A program made the position numbers and the translations under genes. Shown piece by piece: positions 40,944 through 50,636 of a DNA stretch of 64,000 bases. Within the stretch, counting starts at the first letter, position 1, and every line of letters begins with the position of its first letter. The notes below the pieces were generated by a model that saw only the letters and a list, made by a program, of their open reading frames with translations, was not told the origin of the DNA and ran no database searches. The DNA is taken from the IMG/VR virus record IMGVR_UViG_3300028821_000038, positions 1 through 64,000 of that record; one strand, given 5' to 3'. The DNA is from a virus.

Positions 40944-40964
40944 AAAAGCCCCTTCGGGGGTTTT
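40944..40964 (+). terminator. Intrinsic terminator
   Basis: AAAAGCCCC-TTCG-GGGGTTTT directly after the stop codon. Confidence 0.85.
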
Positions 40965-40975
40965 CAGGAGAAAAT

Positions 40976-43900
40976 ATGATTGATATATTGCAGGATGGAT
41001 CAATAGGTTTTTTTTACGACGGCACTAGGGCTATCAATATATTGCCAGTATTTAACGATATAGAATTGGCATTATCGCAAATAGATACTAGCAATATGTT
41101 GACGAGTGGGCCCTATGGGAAAATGGCCGGCTTTAGAACCTATATGAAACTTCAAGATGGCGATGTAAGTAATGGATACAATAAAAAGACGCTACTTCCG
41201 ACAGACCAAGATTTTTCAATATCGTATTGGGCTAAGCTGACCAATGTAACATCCACTGAGAATGTAGACTTACCATTAATAGGCATTGTTGAGCTGGTGG
41301 ATATTTCAGATTTGGTATCCCAATTGTCGGTTGTTAAAAAAACAGACGGTACATATGTTTTTTATGCTGCTACCAATGATGATAACGATCCAACCTCAAC
41401 AAGTGCGACTTTTGATGCAGAACAATGGAATCACTATTGCTATATTTACGATTCTGACACTAAGAAAATAATTGTCTATCTGAATGGAAATATGGTTGAT
41501 AATTTTGAGTATATATACAAAGATACAGTTCCAATGCACTTGATATTCAATTTTACTGCGGCAACTGCTAATAGCGGAAACAATATTGTTAGTTTCCCGC
41601 GTAACGGAGAGGCGGTAGTAGATTTGAATTTTTCAAATGTGCGTGGCTTTATAAAGAAGTTGTCCGACAGCGAGGTGCTCCAGATATATAGTGAGGATCG
41701 GGAAAAATGTGTGATGTCTGATACAGAAGAGGTGTTGTTCGTTTTTCGGGATAGCGCTACATCTATGCCATTAAAGGGCGGCAAAAATGCAACAGTTACT
41801 CATGACACCACTTGCTCCTTTAAAGACAACTGTCTTATTGATGGTCAGCTCACTGTGTCCATAAACGATCTTTATACTACCCTCCCTTATGCCTATCTGA
41901 GATTTTCGTGTACTGTACCTAGTAGTAAAAAGCGGATAGTGGATGTTAAGAGTTTTAACTTGTTCAAGATAGATGACACCTATGTGTATATATGGCGTGA
42001 AAATTTTTCTACTCCTCACAACAAGGCTGTTGGGGAGTGGGTTGATATAAAATTTTGGTTTGAAAACTGTAGGTTGTTTTATTCTATTGATGGTGTTAAA
42101 TATGCAATAGATAATACAAACGCCTCCTTTATGTCTTTTGGGAGCTACGCTAACAATGCCTCGGATTCTATGTCTGTAACCTTCTATGCAGATGAAAATA
42201 AGATTAGAAACTACTACTATAAATCTGCAGGGGCACAAAGAGAAAAAGGAGAGCAGTGGATAAATATTGAACACTATTATATCAATGTTGCCTATAAAAG
42301 AACAACTGATGGCGTATATCGCTTTTCAAATCTATCCAATATAACAGATGCTTCCAAAACATTAGTGTTTAACACCTGTAATCGGCGAACTGTTGTTGGT
42401 GTTGCAGATGTATTAAATTACACAACAGACGCCGATGAAATGAGTCTTGGATTAACCTTGGTGGATGAAAACAATCTTGATGTTGAATTATACAAAGGAA
42501 CTTTTAAAACATCGTATCGTCGCGTGATAAGCTTTGAAACATGGGAGTATATTGGTCCAGATGGTGGTCCAAATGAATTTAAAATTATAGGCCAATATAA
42601 AGTAGAGTTAGACTCTATAGAATCAACAACAGTTACAATAAATGGAGTTAGTAATGTATCTAAGTGTGTGCCTTTTATAAATGGAATTATGCATACACAG
42701 TCAAAGGATGCTGCCGATGGGTTAACAGCAATTGCATATCTTACCGCAAGTGATACCTTAAGGGTGGTGCGTGGAGCAGGGGCTAATGATAAAACTACAG
42801 TATTTGTAACTGTTGTAGAATTTACAGGCTCCAATTGGACAATTAGGCAAGCCCAGATAGAGTCAGGAGATGATAGTGGAGAGATAACACTTCCAACGAG
42901 TGTAAATGATTGGAATCATGCTTTTATTTATCATCAATTTAAAGCGAATTCAGAAAATCATATCGATGATGCTATCTCGGACACTTCTGCTATATATTAC
43001 CAAGATGATAGCATCATGGATAAAGTGTATTGGGAATTTGATAAGCGACATGTTGATAGCGTAGGTGATTCGAGGCATTACGTATATATAATTGAAAATC
43101 CAGATATAACAGTTTTTAGAGACTCTGGAACGGCAAACACTTATTTGTATCAAGACTACTTTACTAATTTATCACCAAAACCTGCCGCTAATATAACATC
43201 AATGATGATCTCTAAGAGAGCTAGCGGAACTGGCGCTGCATATCCAAGGGGGTGGGCTGGCGCAGCCTATACTGGTAAACATGCAAGAACATGGTGTCTG
43301 CGTAGCGGCAACAAGAATAAAGTTGTTGCCCAACTTGTTCAGTTTGGAATAGATATATATGACACTAGTGATGATACATATATTGGTACGGTTTTATCTG
43401 AAGCAGATATTGATAGCTACTGGCCCTATCAGGGTAATTTTTTCGATTATGGCTCTGCAGAGTTTGCGAATAATTACTCAAACTTATCGGTTCTTGAGTT
43501 TACAGATAAAGGTTCTGATTCGTCTTCTTTTGGGTGCAGAGGGCATTCAAAAGCACTAAAAATAGCTGGAGGCACAGGAGAGTCTATGAGTGCAACAGTC
43601 CAATATATGCTGATGTGCAACTCTCCAGCCTCGAACTTTGGCGCCCATGTGGAGCGAACCATAGGAGGGTGGTTCTCTTTGTCAAAGATACAAGAACTAT
43701 ATTCTGCAATATATAAAGAAGGGGGTAGTGCAAACAATATCGCAATCCTTGTTGGATTTGGTAATACTATAATGGGGCAAGTGGATCAGTCGGTGGGAAC
43801 CACAAAATATGTTCAAGTATATGGAGATAAGCCAATACGACCAAATAGGCCATATCATGTTGCTCTGGTTTATAAAGCGCAGGATGATGTGAAGCTTTAT

Positions 43901-44674
43901 ATTGATGGCAAGCTACAAGAAAGAAGTTGCAATAATCCATATGATACTGATAAACTCCCAAGTCATACGGGCCCTGTGGTCATGGGCATAGATTCCGCGA
44001 TAGACTCCGGCGGCCCAGATGTTCAGTATTATACACCAGAAGCACTATATGTATCAAACTGGTTTAATGCAAACAGAGTGTTAAGTGAAGCTATAATAAG
44101 GGAGGTATTGGTTGAAAGCGGCCTTCCTGCGCTCTATACACTGCCAAGCGATTCATCGCAAGCTTCCATTCAGGGTATGCTTAATAATATAACAGGTGCC
44201 GATTTAGAAGATTATCCGCTTGGTATTCGAATTTATCCCGCAAAATATGAGGATGATTTGTTTTTAGAGGCGGACAATATTGGATTCCACGAAGATATGA
44301 CTTACCACATTCAATGGATGGGGGCGGGGGTTCTTACATGGAAAAACACAAACAACAGCAATGCCTCTATAGCTTCAACTCCAAACAACGGGAGCGTCTT
44401 GTTTTTGAATCCATCTTCGGTTTCAGTCCGTGTTTATGATGCACGAACAGGCAGTGCTATATCTGGTGCTTCGGTATACTTCCCTGAACTAGATAGGTAT
44501 GAGGCGACAGATAGTAATGGCGAAGTATCTTTTGCAGAGTTTTTGAATACCGGTGAAACAATGACTATTAAGATCAGAAAGGCAACAACGCCACCTTATT
44601 ACAAGCCATATAAGATACAATTAGAAATACCAAACGGGGATGTTAATATTACGGCACCCCTAATACCAGACTAA
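40976..44674 (+). CDS. Large fibre/adhesin with two LamG (concanavalin-like) domains and C-terminal Ig/transthyretin-like domain
   Basis: FSISYWAK...WNHYCYIYD...IVYLNG and TIGGWF...YHVALVY...LYIDG; C-terminal VRVYDARTGSAISGASV...TDSNG. Confidence 0.7.
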   Translation: MIDILQDGSIGFFYDGTRAINILPVFNDIELALSQIDTSNMLTSGPYGKMAGFRTYMKLQDGDVSNGYNKKTLLPTDQDFSISYWAKLTNVTSTENVDLPLIGIVELVDISDLVSQLSVVKKTDGTYVFYAATNDDNDPTSTSATFDAEQWNHYCYIYDSDTKKIIVYLNGNMVDNFEYIYKDTVPMHLIFNFTAATANSGNNIVSFPRNGEAVVDLNFSNVRGFIKKLSDSEVLQIYSEDREKCVMSDTEEVLFVFRDSATSMPLKGGKNATVTHDTTCSFKDNCLIDGQLTVSINDLYTTLPYAYLRFSCTVPSSKKRIVDVKSFNLFKIDDTYVYIWRENFSTPHNKAVGEWVDIKFWFENCRLFYSIDGVKYAIDNTNASFMSFGSYANNASDSMSVTFYADENKIRNYYYKSAGAQREKGEQWINIEHYYINVAYKRTTDGVYRFSNLSNITDASKTLVFNTCNRRTVVGVADVLNYTTDADEMSLGLTLVDENNLDVELYKGTFKTSYRRVISFETWEYIGPDGGPNEFKIIGQYKVELDSIESTTVTINGVSNVSKCVPFINGIMHTQSKDAADGLTAIAYLTASDTLRVVRGAGANDKTTVFVTVVEFTGSNWTIRQAQIESGDDSGEITLPTSVNDWNHAFIYHQFKANSENHIDDAISDTSAIYYQDDSIMDKVYWEFDKRHVDSVGDSRHYVYIIENPDITVFRDSGTANTYLYQDYFTNLSPKPAANITSMMISKRASGTGAAYPRGWAGAAYTGKHARTWCLRSGNKNKVVAQLVQFGIDIYDTSDDTYIGTVLSEADIDSYWPYQGNFFDYGSAEFANNYSNLSVLEFTDKGSDSSSFGCRGHSKALKIAGGTGESMSATVQYMLMCNSPASNFGAHVERTIGGWFSLSKIQELYSAIYKEGGSANNIAILVGFGNTIMGQVDQSVGTTKYVQVYGDKPIRPNRPYHVALVYKAQDDVKLYIDGKLQERSCNNPYDTDKLPSHTGPVVMGIDSAIDSGGPDVQYYTPEALYVSNWFNANRVLSEAIIREVLVESGLPALYTLPSDSSQASIQGMLNNITGADLEDYPLGIRIYPAKYEDDLFLEADNIGFHEDMTYHIQWMGAGVLTWKNTNNSNASIASTPNNGSVLFLNPSSVSVRVYDARTGSAISGASVYFPELDRYEATDSNGEVSFAEFLNTGETMTIKIRKATTPPYYKPYKIQLEIPNGDVNITAPLIPD

Positions 44675-44687
44675 AAAGGATGAAAAG

Positions 44688-44879
44688 ATGGACGCAGCAT
44701 CAAAAAAGAACTTCAATGCAATACAAGAGACAATTAGAAGACAGGCTAGTCGTGCAGATGAGATAGAGAAGAGATTGGCAGCTATGGAGAATCAGCAACA
44801 ACAATGGGAAAACAGATTCAATGGGCTTATGCAGCAAATGCTGTCTATCGCCTCGGCTATTAGAAATGTTAGACAATAA
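44688..44879 (+). CDS. Small coiled-coil protein
   Basis: 63 aa with heptad pattern; AAAGGA RBS. Confidence 0.6.
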   Translation: MDAASKKNFNAIQETIRRQASRADEIEKRLAAMENQQQQWENRFNGLMQQMLSIASAIRNVRQ

Positions 44880-44888
44880 GGGGATAAT

Positions 44889-45599
44889 ATGGGAGTAATT
44901 TTACGTAGAGACAAGGGCGCTGCACTTACGCATGAAGAGATGGACGATAATTTTGAGTATCTCGACAAGAATCCCAATGGGAAAACAATGCCATCTAAAA
45001 AAGGCATAGGTGTCACCTTTGATTATGATAATCCTGATTTTGGGTGGCATGACTTGCGATGCGAAATGTTGCTTGAATATGAGGGCGGGGATTCGCCAAC
45101 ACTTGAGCAGTATTATGGGCAAATTATGCAGTTGGCATTTGAAGAGGATGAGAGCATTACTTTTAATGCACACATCCCTCACGATTATCTTCCGGGTAGC
45201 AATATATTTATTTATGTTCACTGGAGCCACAATAGTCAAGTAGTAACCGGTGGTTCAGTTGTGTGGGGGTTTGAAATAAGCTATGCAGAGGGGTATGGTG
45301 TAGCTCAATTTTGCCCAACAAAAACTATAAGCATTCTACAGGAGGTATCCCCGACGGATCCGTATACTCACTTTATTGCAGAGACCTCGGCGTCTATCTC
45401 TGGTGGCTCTGATATGCAATTAGATAGTGATTTTCTTACTGTTGATGGGGTGATTCTAGGGAGACTTTACTTGATAGACAATGCTATTGAGACTAGCGAT
45501 GGAAGTATAGTGAAGCCTTTTGCTCATTCTGTAGACATCCACTACAAAAGCACAGGTATCCCAACGCCAAATAGGAATCCAAATTTTTGGAATAATTAA
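44889..45599 (+). CDS. Virion fibre-associated protein
   Basis: N-terminal ILRRDKGAALTHEEMDDNF, a motif typical of phage fibre N-termini. Confidence 0.55.
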   Translation: MGVILRRDKGAALTHEEMDDNFEYLDKNPNGKTMPSKKGIGVTFDYDNPDFGWHDLRCEMLLEYEGGDSPTLEQYYGQIMQLAFEEDESITFNAHIPHDYLPGSNIFIYVHWSHNSQVVTGGSVVWGFEISYAEGYGVAQFCPTKTISILQEVSPTDPYTHFIAETSASISGGSDMQLDSDFLTVDGVILGRLYLIDNAIETSDGSIVKPFAHSVDIHYKSTGIPTPNRNPNFWNN

Positions 45600-46207
45600 T
45601 GGAACTATATGTTGAAGATGGTTATGTTAGCACTGGTTATGTCCAGACAGGAATTAGTATTGATTTTGAAAAAAAAATAATATTTGTTCCGAAGTATGAA
45701 ACAGAATTAATACAAGATTTTCCTGTTGAAATAAGAAAGTTGGACTTAGAGTATTTTAGGAAATGTATCATAGCAATACTTGATGACACAGAAGGTATTT
45801 TGTATGATGATGCTATTATGTATCATCCAGCGGTTACAATTGGAGTGGCCACAATTGCTCCAACAATTATAGTTGCTAATGATTATGTTGTAGAATTTGA
45901 AGATGGGAGATATATGGTAGAGCTATATGGAGCAAATACTAATCTACAAGACAAGGCTATTTTTAACTCGGTGAGTATTAGAACAAACAATTCGGCAGGA
46001 CTCATTGATAACCGAAAAGAATTCCAGTACTTAAAAGAATACTTGGAGAAATTTTATAATCTTGAGGCTGGAAACTGGAAGATAGAAAACAATCAAATGA
46101 TTTTTTATAAAATCGACGGAAGTGAGCTGATGAGGTTCAATTTATTTGATAAGAACGGAAATCCCTCAGAAAGTGATGTGTTTGAAAGGAGAAGAGTTCC
46201 ATCATGA
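45599..46207 (+). CDS. Hypothetical structural protein
   Basis: Coupled ORF in the fibre cluster. Confidence 0.55.
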   Translation: MELYVEDGYVSTGYVQTGISIDFEKKIIFVPKYETELIQDFPVEIRKLDLEYFRKCIIAILDDTEGILYDDAIMYHPAVTIGVATIAPTIIVANDYVVEFEDGRYMVELYGANTNLQDKAIFNSVSIRTNNSAGLIDNRKEFQYLKEYLEKFYNLEAGNWKIENNQMIFYKIDGSELMRFNLFDKNGNPSESDVFERRRVPS

Positions 46208-46587
46208 TGATTATCACAAGGGGCTATGGCCCAAGCTCTTCTGGAACACTTAGTGGTACAATTAGCCTTCAAAACAATAGATGGCAACTCATAGCTATAC
46301 CAGTTCAAGAGCAAAATGTGAAAGAATATTTTGTGGATAGACTTGCAGTAAAATATAATCTTGCCCCAAAAGAAATGATAGAGATATGTAATGCATTTTT
46401 TGGAAGTGATAACTTGTTTAGGAGCTATATACCGGGTGTTACAAATCCAAATAGCCCCAATAATTTTCCGCTAGTATACAACGATAACGGAAATTTGGAA
46501 GTAACGGGGTTTTGGGTAAAACTTAAAGATTTGTCGGGAATTGTGCCAGAACCTGACAATATAGTTTTTGATTGGAGCACATCTTGA
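46204..46587 (+). CDS. Hypothetical structural protein
   Basis: Coupled ORF in the fibre cluster. Confidence 0.55.
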   Translation: MMIITRGYGPSSSGTLSGTISLQNNRWQLIAIPVQEQNVKEYFVDRLAVKYNLAPKEMIEICNAFFGSDNLFRSYIPGVTNPNSPNNFPLVYNDNGNLEVTGFWVKLKDLSGIVPEPDNIVFDWSTS

Positions 46588-48089
46588 GTGTAAATATAAA
46601 CTATCAAGGGACAGTGTATGGTCCAGACGGAAACCCAATAGACTGTTATTACCAGGCCTTTACATATAACATCTCCAAATGGAGCGATCTTAGACAGACG
46701 GAGTATCAGCAATACAATGTAAATTTTGGAGATGGGGACCTGAATGGGCAAGACGGGACTGTTAAAGAGGGGGACCCTTTAGTAGTTGCGTTTTGGGTTG
46801 GAAGCGAAAATAGGGCCGACGAGCTAGAGCTTTTCTCTGTTGTGGTTTTTGTATATGATGGCACAGATAGCACAGTTCAGGATGTGCAAATATTGCAACC
46901 TCACAACCCGTCCTGTTCTTTTAGTATCCCATCCTCTTCGACGGTAGGGGAGGTTGTGTCTGCAACATCTGGCGCTTCCACAACATATCAATGGACTTTC
47001 TCTGGGAAGGTACACTATCAGAGGGTTACTTGGTATGGACAAACCATATTCGGCTTTCTTGGTATCGATGAGGACTTGTTTGATTTTGGCGATGGGTATA
47101 ACACAGACAGGGAGCACATCTATAGCAATGGCGGTACCTTTGAGGTATGGCACTTTGTAGGGTCAACATATAATGGATATAACGCGGAATGCACAAAAGA
47201 AATCTCAGTATATTTCAGGGAACCAACCGCAACTATATCGTTTTCCAACGATAGCCCGATTTTAGGAGAAGAGGTTACAGTTGAAAACACTATTACTGAC
47301 CCTGATTCTCGTATTAGTGAAATCAGATATTATTTTGACGATCAGCTTATTCATATAGGCACAGAACTAAACTACAACTATGTAATTGAGCTTAATAGCA
47401 TGGATACACACTATGCAAAAATGGTTATCTACTGGAATGATTATTTTGAGGACAGAATCACCACAGTGGAGCGCTCCCTCTTTATGCAAAACCAGGCACC
47501 AACTCTTGAGCTAAGTGTTGACACATCTGAAGAGGAAAATGGGCGAATCATTGTTAATGCCGATGCCCATGATGTGGACGGAGTAATAGACAATATGTGC
47601 TGGAAATTATTCTATCAGGCTGAGCAAAGTGGTTTGCCTCACCCCTATTTTAAGTGTGAAGATGGAAATATTGGCAATTTCAGGGAAATATATCAGGATT
47701 GTGATAGGACAATGTTTAGCTTAGATATGATTTTTGCTATCCCTGGAACATATAAGGTTGAGGTAGAAGCTTTTGATGATATGGGCGCTTCTGTGACCCA
47801 AGAGGTGGAGATAATTGTAAATAATGTTTGCGATGGTGTATTGGGAGAATGTCCAGAATGTCCAGAGCCACCCTCGGATTGTATTCCAATAGAAGAGTGC
47901 CGAGAGGCAATTATGATTGGAGGAGGAAATTCTGGATGCCCAATAATATCAGTTGTAAAACCTGATATAGATGGCACCTTGAACCGCACACCAATAAAAA
48001 CGACAGTCTCATGGGAGATAGATGGCGAGATAGGAAGCGGCATCGTGTCTGGTTCTATACAAGGAAACATCAAAGGGAAAATAAACTAA
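46572..48089 (+). CDS. PKD/Ig-like domain protein
   Basis: FDFGDG...HIYSNGGTF, DPDSRI, NQAPTL...AHDVDG, PGTYKVEVEAFDDMGAS; true start may be TTG 46584. Confidence 0.65.
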   Translation: MEHILSVNINYQGTVYGPDGNPIDCYYQAFTYNISKWSDLRQTEYQQYNVNFGDGDLNGQDGTVKEGDPLVVAFWVGSENRADELELFSVVVFVYDGTDSTVQDVQILQPHNPSCSFSIPSSSTVGEVVSATSGASTTYQWTFSGKVHYQRVTWYGQTIFGFLGIDEDLFDFGDGYNTDREHIYSNGGTFEVWHFVGSTYNGYNAECTKEISVYFREPTATISFSNDSPILGEEVTVENTITDPDSRISEIRYYFDDQLIHIGTELNYNYVIELNSMDTHYAKMVIYWNDYFEDRITTVERSLFMQNQAPTLELSVDTSEEENGRIIVNADAHDVDGVIDNMCWKLFYQAEQSGLPHPYFKCEDGNIGNFREIYQDCDRTMFSLDMIFAIPGTYKVEVEAFDDMGASVTQEVEIIVNNVCDGVLGECPECPEPPSDCIPIEECREAIMIGGGNSGCPIISVVKPDIDGTLNRTPIKTTVSWEIDGEIGSGIVSGSIQGNIKGKIN

Positions 48090-48128
48090 CCCAATGGTTT
48101 TTATCAATTAACCGACGGGTTCGGTGAT

Positions 48129-48530
48129 TCACCCCGTATTGGAGCTGGTATCAAGAGGAGTGATATAGTGCACTCCGCCTTGCTGTACTTTTACTTTAAA
48201 AGTAGATACCTCATGTACCTCGCCAGTAATGGTGCTTCCTATTTGCACATACGCCATAAGGTATGGAGTGTCTTCGTTTGATATTGGCAGATTTACTGTT
48301 TCTTGTGGAGTTAGATTGATTATTAGAGTTCCGTCTTCAGGATCACCCTTTATTGGTGCCTTTTTGAAAATAAAAGCCTCTTCATCGGGGTCTGATGGTT
48401 TTTTTTTGATTGCAAAGTAGTTGTCATCAAACAGTTCAAGACTAACTGGCTCATCCTCCATGTCCTCGTTTTTAGTTGTAACGCGAACTTCTTTATAGAA
48501 TGTATCCCCAGTTTTTATTTTTTCTGCCAT
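48129..48530 (-). CDS. BppU N-terminal-like Ig-fold protein
   Basis: IKTGDTF...FAIKK...GTLIINLTPQET pattern; AGGAG RBS before ATG 48530; TGATAAAAT at 48568..48560. Confidence 0.45.
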   Translation of the reverse strand: MAEKIKTGDTFYKEVRVTTKNEDMEDEPVSLELFDDNYFAIKKKPSDPDEEAFIFKKAPIKGDPEDGTLIINLTPQETVNLPISNEDTPYLMAYVQIGSTITGEVHEVSTFKVKVQQGGVHYITPLDTSSNTG

Positions 48531-48695
48531 ACTGGAACTCCTGTGTAGTATATATGCTAATTTTATCAAAAAAACTTTTTAATTCAAAAAAACACAAAAG
48601 GCTATTGTATTCTTACATGATACAAACGGATGCCCTAAAAGAGACGGTTAATACGGTGGAGGCCTTCTCTGATGCGCTTTTTCCAATAATTTTAA

Positions 48696-48704
48696 TGGTA
48701 TAAT
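48696..48704 (+). promoter_or_regulatory. Extended -10 promoter TGGTATAAT upstream of the protease gene
   Basis: Perfect consensus, identical to 2100..2108. Confidence 0.55.
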
Positions 48705-48819
48705 ATGCACAGAGAATGAGAACGATCCACACATGATTGCCGTAGATAGCACCAATGGAACGCTATCTATAGTAAACTGTGAGGTCGGAGATATAATAAG
48801 TTATTTTTAAGGATGTACC

Positions 48820-49494
48820 ATGTTGCATAAGGTTATAGATGCGGAAGCTCACCCCGTACCAGTTAATACTAGTAGGCACTGTTTTGATACTTGTGATTTT
48901 TTGACAAAAGAAGCATCCGCGGAATCTATTCAGTTCTTTAATAATCTGACACCCAAGAAAAACCATATTTATTTGCTGGTTATAGCTATGACGGCTAGTG
49001 AATATTACTCAGCTAATAAAAATGGTGACTATTTTTACGAAAAGGACCTAAAGAGAAACTATAAAGATTTTGAGAAGTGTGGAATATTTTGGAATCACGA
49101 CAATAAAGATCCAAGCAAGAGTGCCGGAACAGTAATCAAATCTTTCTATAATGACAAGATGCACAGGGTAGAACTGGTGTTGGAAATTCCAAAAGAGAAT
49201 GCAAGACACCTGCCAGACGCTATTCAAGAGGGTCGGCCTATTGCCGTCAGTATGGGATTAAAGGTTCCTCAAGAATGGTGCTCTATATGCGGCCATAAGA
49301 CTATGCACTCCTATGCGAATAGATGCGAGCACCTTAAATTTATGATGAATACAATTCTCCATGATGGTAGAAAGGTGTTTGCAATATGTGGAAGTGACTT
49401 TAAGCTGTTTGATATATCTATCGTTATTAGGCCAGCTGACAAAATAGCATATACTATGATGACAAAAACTGCGTCACATAGGGGGTTGGGATGA
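48820..49494 (+). CDS. Prohead (maturation) protease, HK97/herpes-like serine protease fold with Zn-finger insert
   Basis: NKNGDYF, FWNHD (His), VSMG (Ser), CSICG...CEHL, FDISIVIRPAD. Confidence 0.75.
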   Translation: MLHKVIDAEAHPVPVNTSRHCFDTCDFLTKEASAESIQFFNNLTPKKNHIYLLVIAMTASEYYSANKNGDYFYEKDLKRNYKDFEKCGIFWNHDNKDPSKSAGTVIKSFYNDKMHRVELVLEIPKENARHLPDAIQEGRPIAVSMGLKVPQEWCSICGHKTMHSYANRCEHLKFMMNTILHDGRKVFAICGSDFKLFDISIVIRPADKIAYTMMTKTASHRGLG

Positions 49495-49748
49495 CCCATA
49501 AGCAGATAAAATTTGGAAAAACATTAAGACAAAAAATAGACAGCCCACACGACAGAGAGAAGCTCACAAAAAAGTTTGGTGAGCAGGCTTTCTTGATGCC
49601 CCAACAAAGAAAATTCCCCATTATTAATCCAAATACTGGTAAGGTAAGCTGCAAGATGTTAAGGGCTGCCAAGGTTAGGGCAGCTCAACATGGTTATGCT
49701 GATGTGGAAAGGAAGGCCTCGTTAATGTTTAGCAAAAAATGTATATAA
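49491..49748 (+). CDS. Small basic protein with FLMP..RKFPI motif
   Basis: ATGA-coupled to the protease gene. Confidence 0.6.
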   Translation: MTHKQIKFGKTLRQKIDSPHDREKLTKKFGEQAFLMPQQRKFPIINPNTGKVSCKMLRAAKVRAAQHGYADVERKASLMFSKKCI

Positions 49749-49757
49749 GGCGAAATA

Positions 49758-49985
49758 ATGTATATTCCAAAAGCATTACTCAAATTTTCCAATACTGGTA
49801 TTGTTCGTTCAAATAATATAATGGATAGGTTTAAGATTTATCTAATTACTGGCAAGGTAACTACCGTTGGTCCAGGATATATGGTAAAAAACCGGTCCGG
49901 AATAGAGGATCTTATAAGAATAGGCGGTATAACAAAAATTGTCAAGGTGACTTCTGATGGCACTGAGGAGACAATATTTCCGTAG
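49758..49985 (+). CDS. Hypothetical protein
   Basis: 75 aa, AAGG RBS. Confidence 0.55.
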   Translation: MYIPKALLKFSNTGIVRSNNIMDRFKIYLITGKVTTVGPGYMVKNRSGIEDLIRIGGITKIVKVTSDGTEETIFP

Positions 49986-49989
49986 AATT

Positions 49990-49998
49990 TGATATAAT
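49990..49998 (+). promoter_or_regulatory. Extended -10 promoter TGATATAAT
   Basis: Perfect consensus upstream of 50028. Confidence 0.6.
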
Positions 49999-50027
49999 AT
50001 CCCAGATATAAACATAAGGATGATAAA

Positions 50028-50627
50028 ATGGCTAATGCGAATAGTCCACTGATGGATATACTAAATTCTTTACCAGATGATGAGCTTGATATGATAGAGA
50101 AGAATGCATATGACAGCAATACTGTTGTCACAAATACAGAAAACTCCGAAGTAAAAAGGAGGCTTGGGATAGACCCCGAGAAGGTTGAGAGCGCAGGAGA
50201 TCTTACCAATACAGAAAACTCCGAGGCACGGCGCAAAAACCCAGTAGAAAGAGAACATATTTCAAAAGGACAACTGGGGCTCTCTGTGCTTTCCAATAAT
50301 AAGTTCCAGGAAGATGTTAGGACTCTTTCCAATGTCTCTCCAAACAGAAGCGAATTTGGAAGCACAGAGAATGTTTCAACAGGCCCCAAGAGAGTTGAGC
50401 CAGGAGTAATGTTTGAGAAGAGGGCCGCCGAAGAAGCTATAGAGGCTCTATATGCTATTTCTGGAGTAAATCTCGAAAAAGTTGCCTCATATGATACTGA
50501 AGTAGATACTCTGCTGAAAGTTGCTTCAGAGACGATAGAGTCAGTAAACGATCTTGAAAAGGTTGCAGAAGAGCTGGCGGTCAGAACGGCAGATATCTTT
50601 ATAGAGATTATCAGTGAAGTCATGTAA
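50028..50627 (+). CDS. Acidic scaffold-like protein with five K-x-A motifs
   Basis: IEKNA, FEKRA, LEKVA, LLKVA, LEKVA; lies between protease and portal. Confidence 0.6.
   Translation: MANANSPLMDILNSLPDDELDMIEKNAYDSNTVVTNTENSEVKRRLGIDPEKVESAGDLTNTENSEARRKNPVEREHISKGQLGLSVLSNNKFQEDVRTLSNVSPNRSEFGSTENVSTGPKRVEPGVMFEKRAAEEAIEALYAISGVNLEKVASYDTEVDTLLKVASETIESVNDLEKVAEELAVRTADIFIEIISEVM
50133..50224 (+). repeat. 17-nt direct repeat AATACAGAAAACTCCGA (TNTENSE twice)
   Basis: Copies at 50133..50149 and 50208..50224. Confidence 0.8.
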
Positions 50628-50636
50628 AGGATTAGC

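Noticed and set aside
40142-40945. Long antisense or alternate-frame ORFs (also 25495..26127, 49838..50740, 19780..20379)
   Set aside because: Shadows of codon-biased sense genes; no RBS and no protein-like motifs
48617-48810. Possible frameshifted small gene upstream of the protease
   Set aside because: No RBS, no canonical slippery heptamer, and the region is explained by divergent promoters
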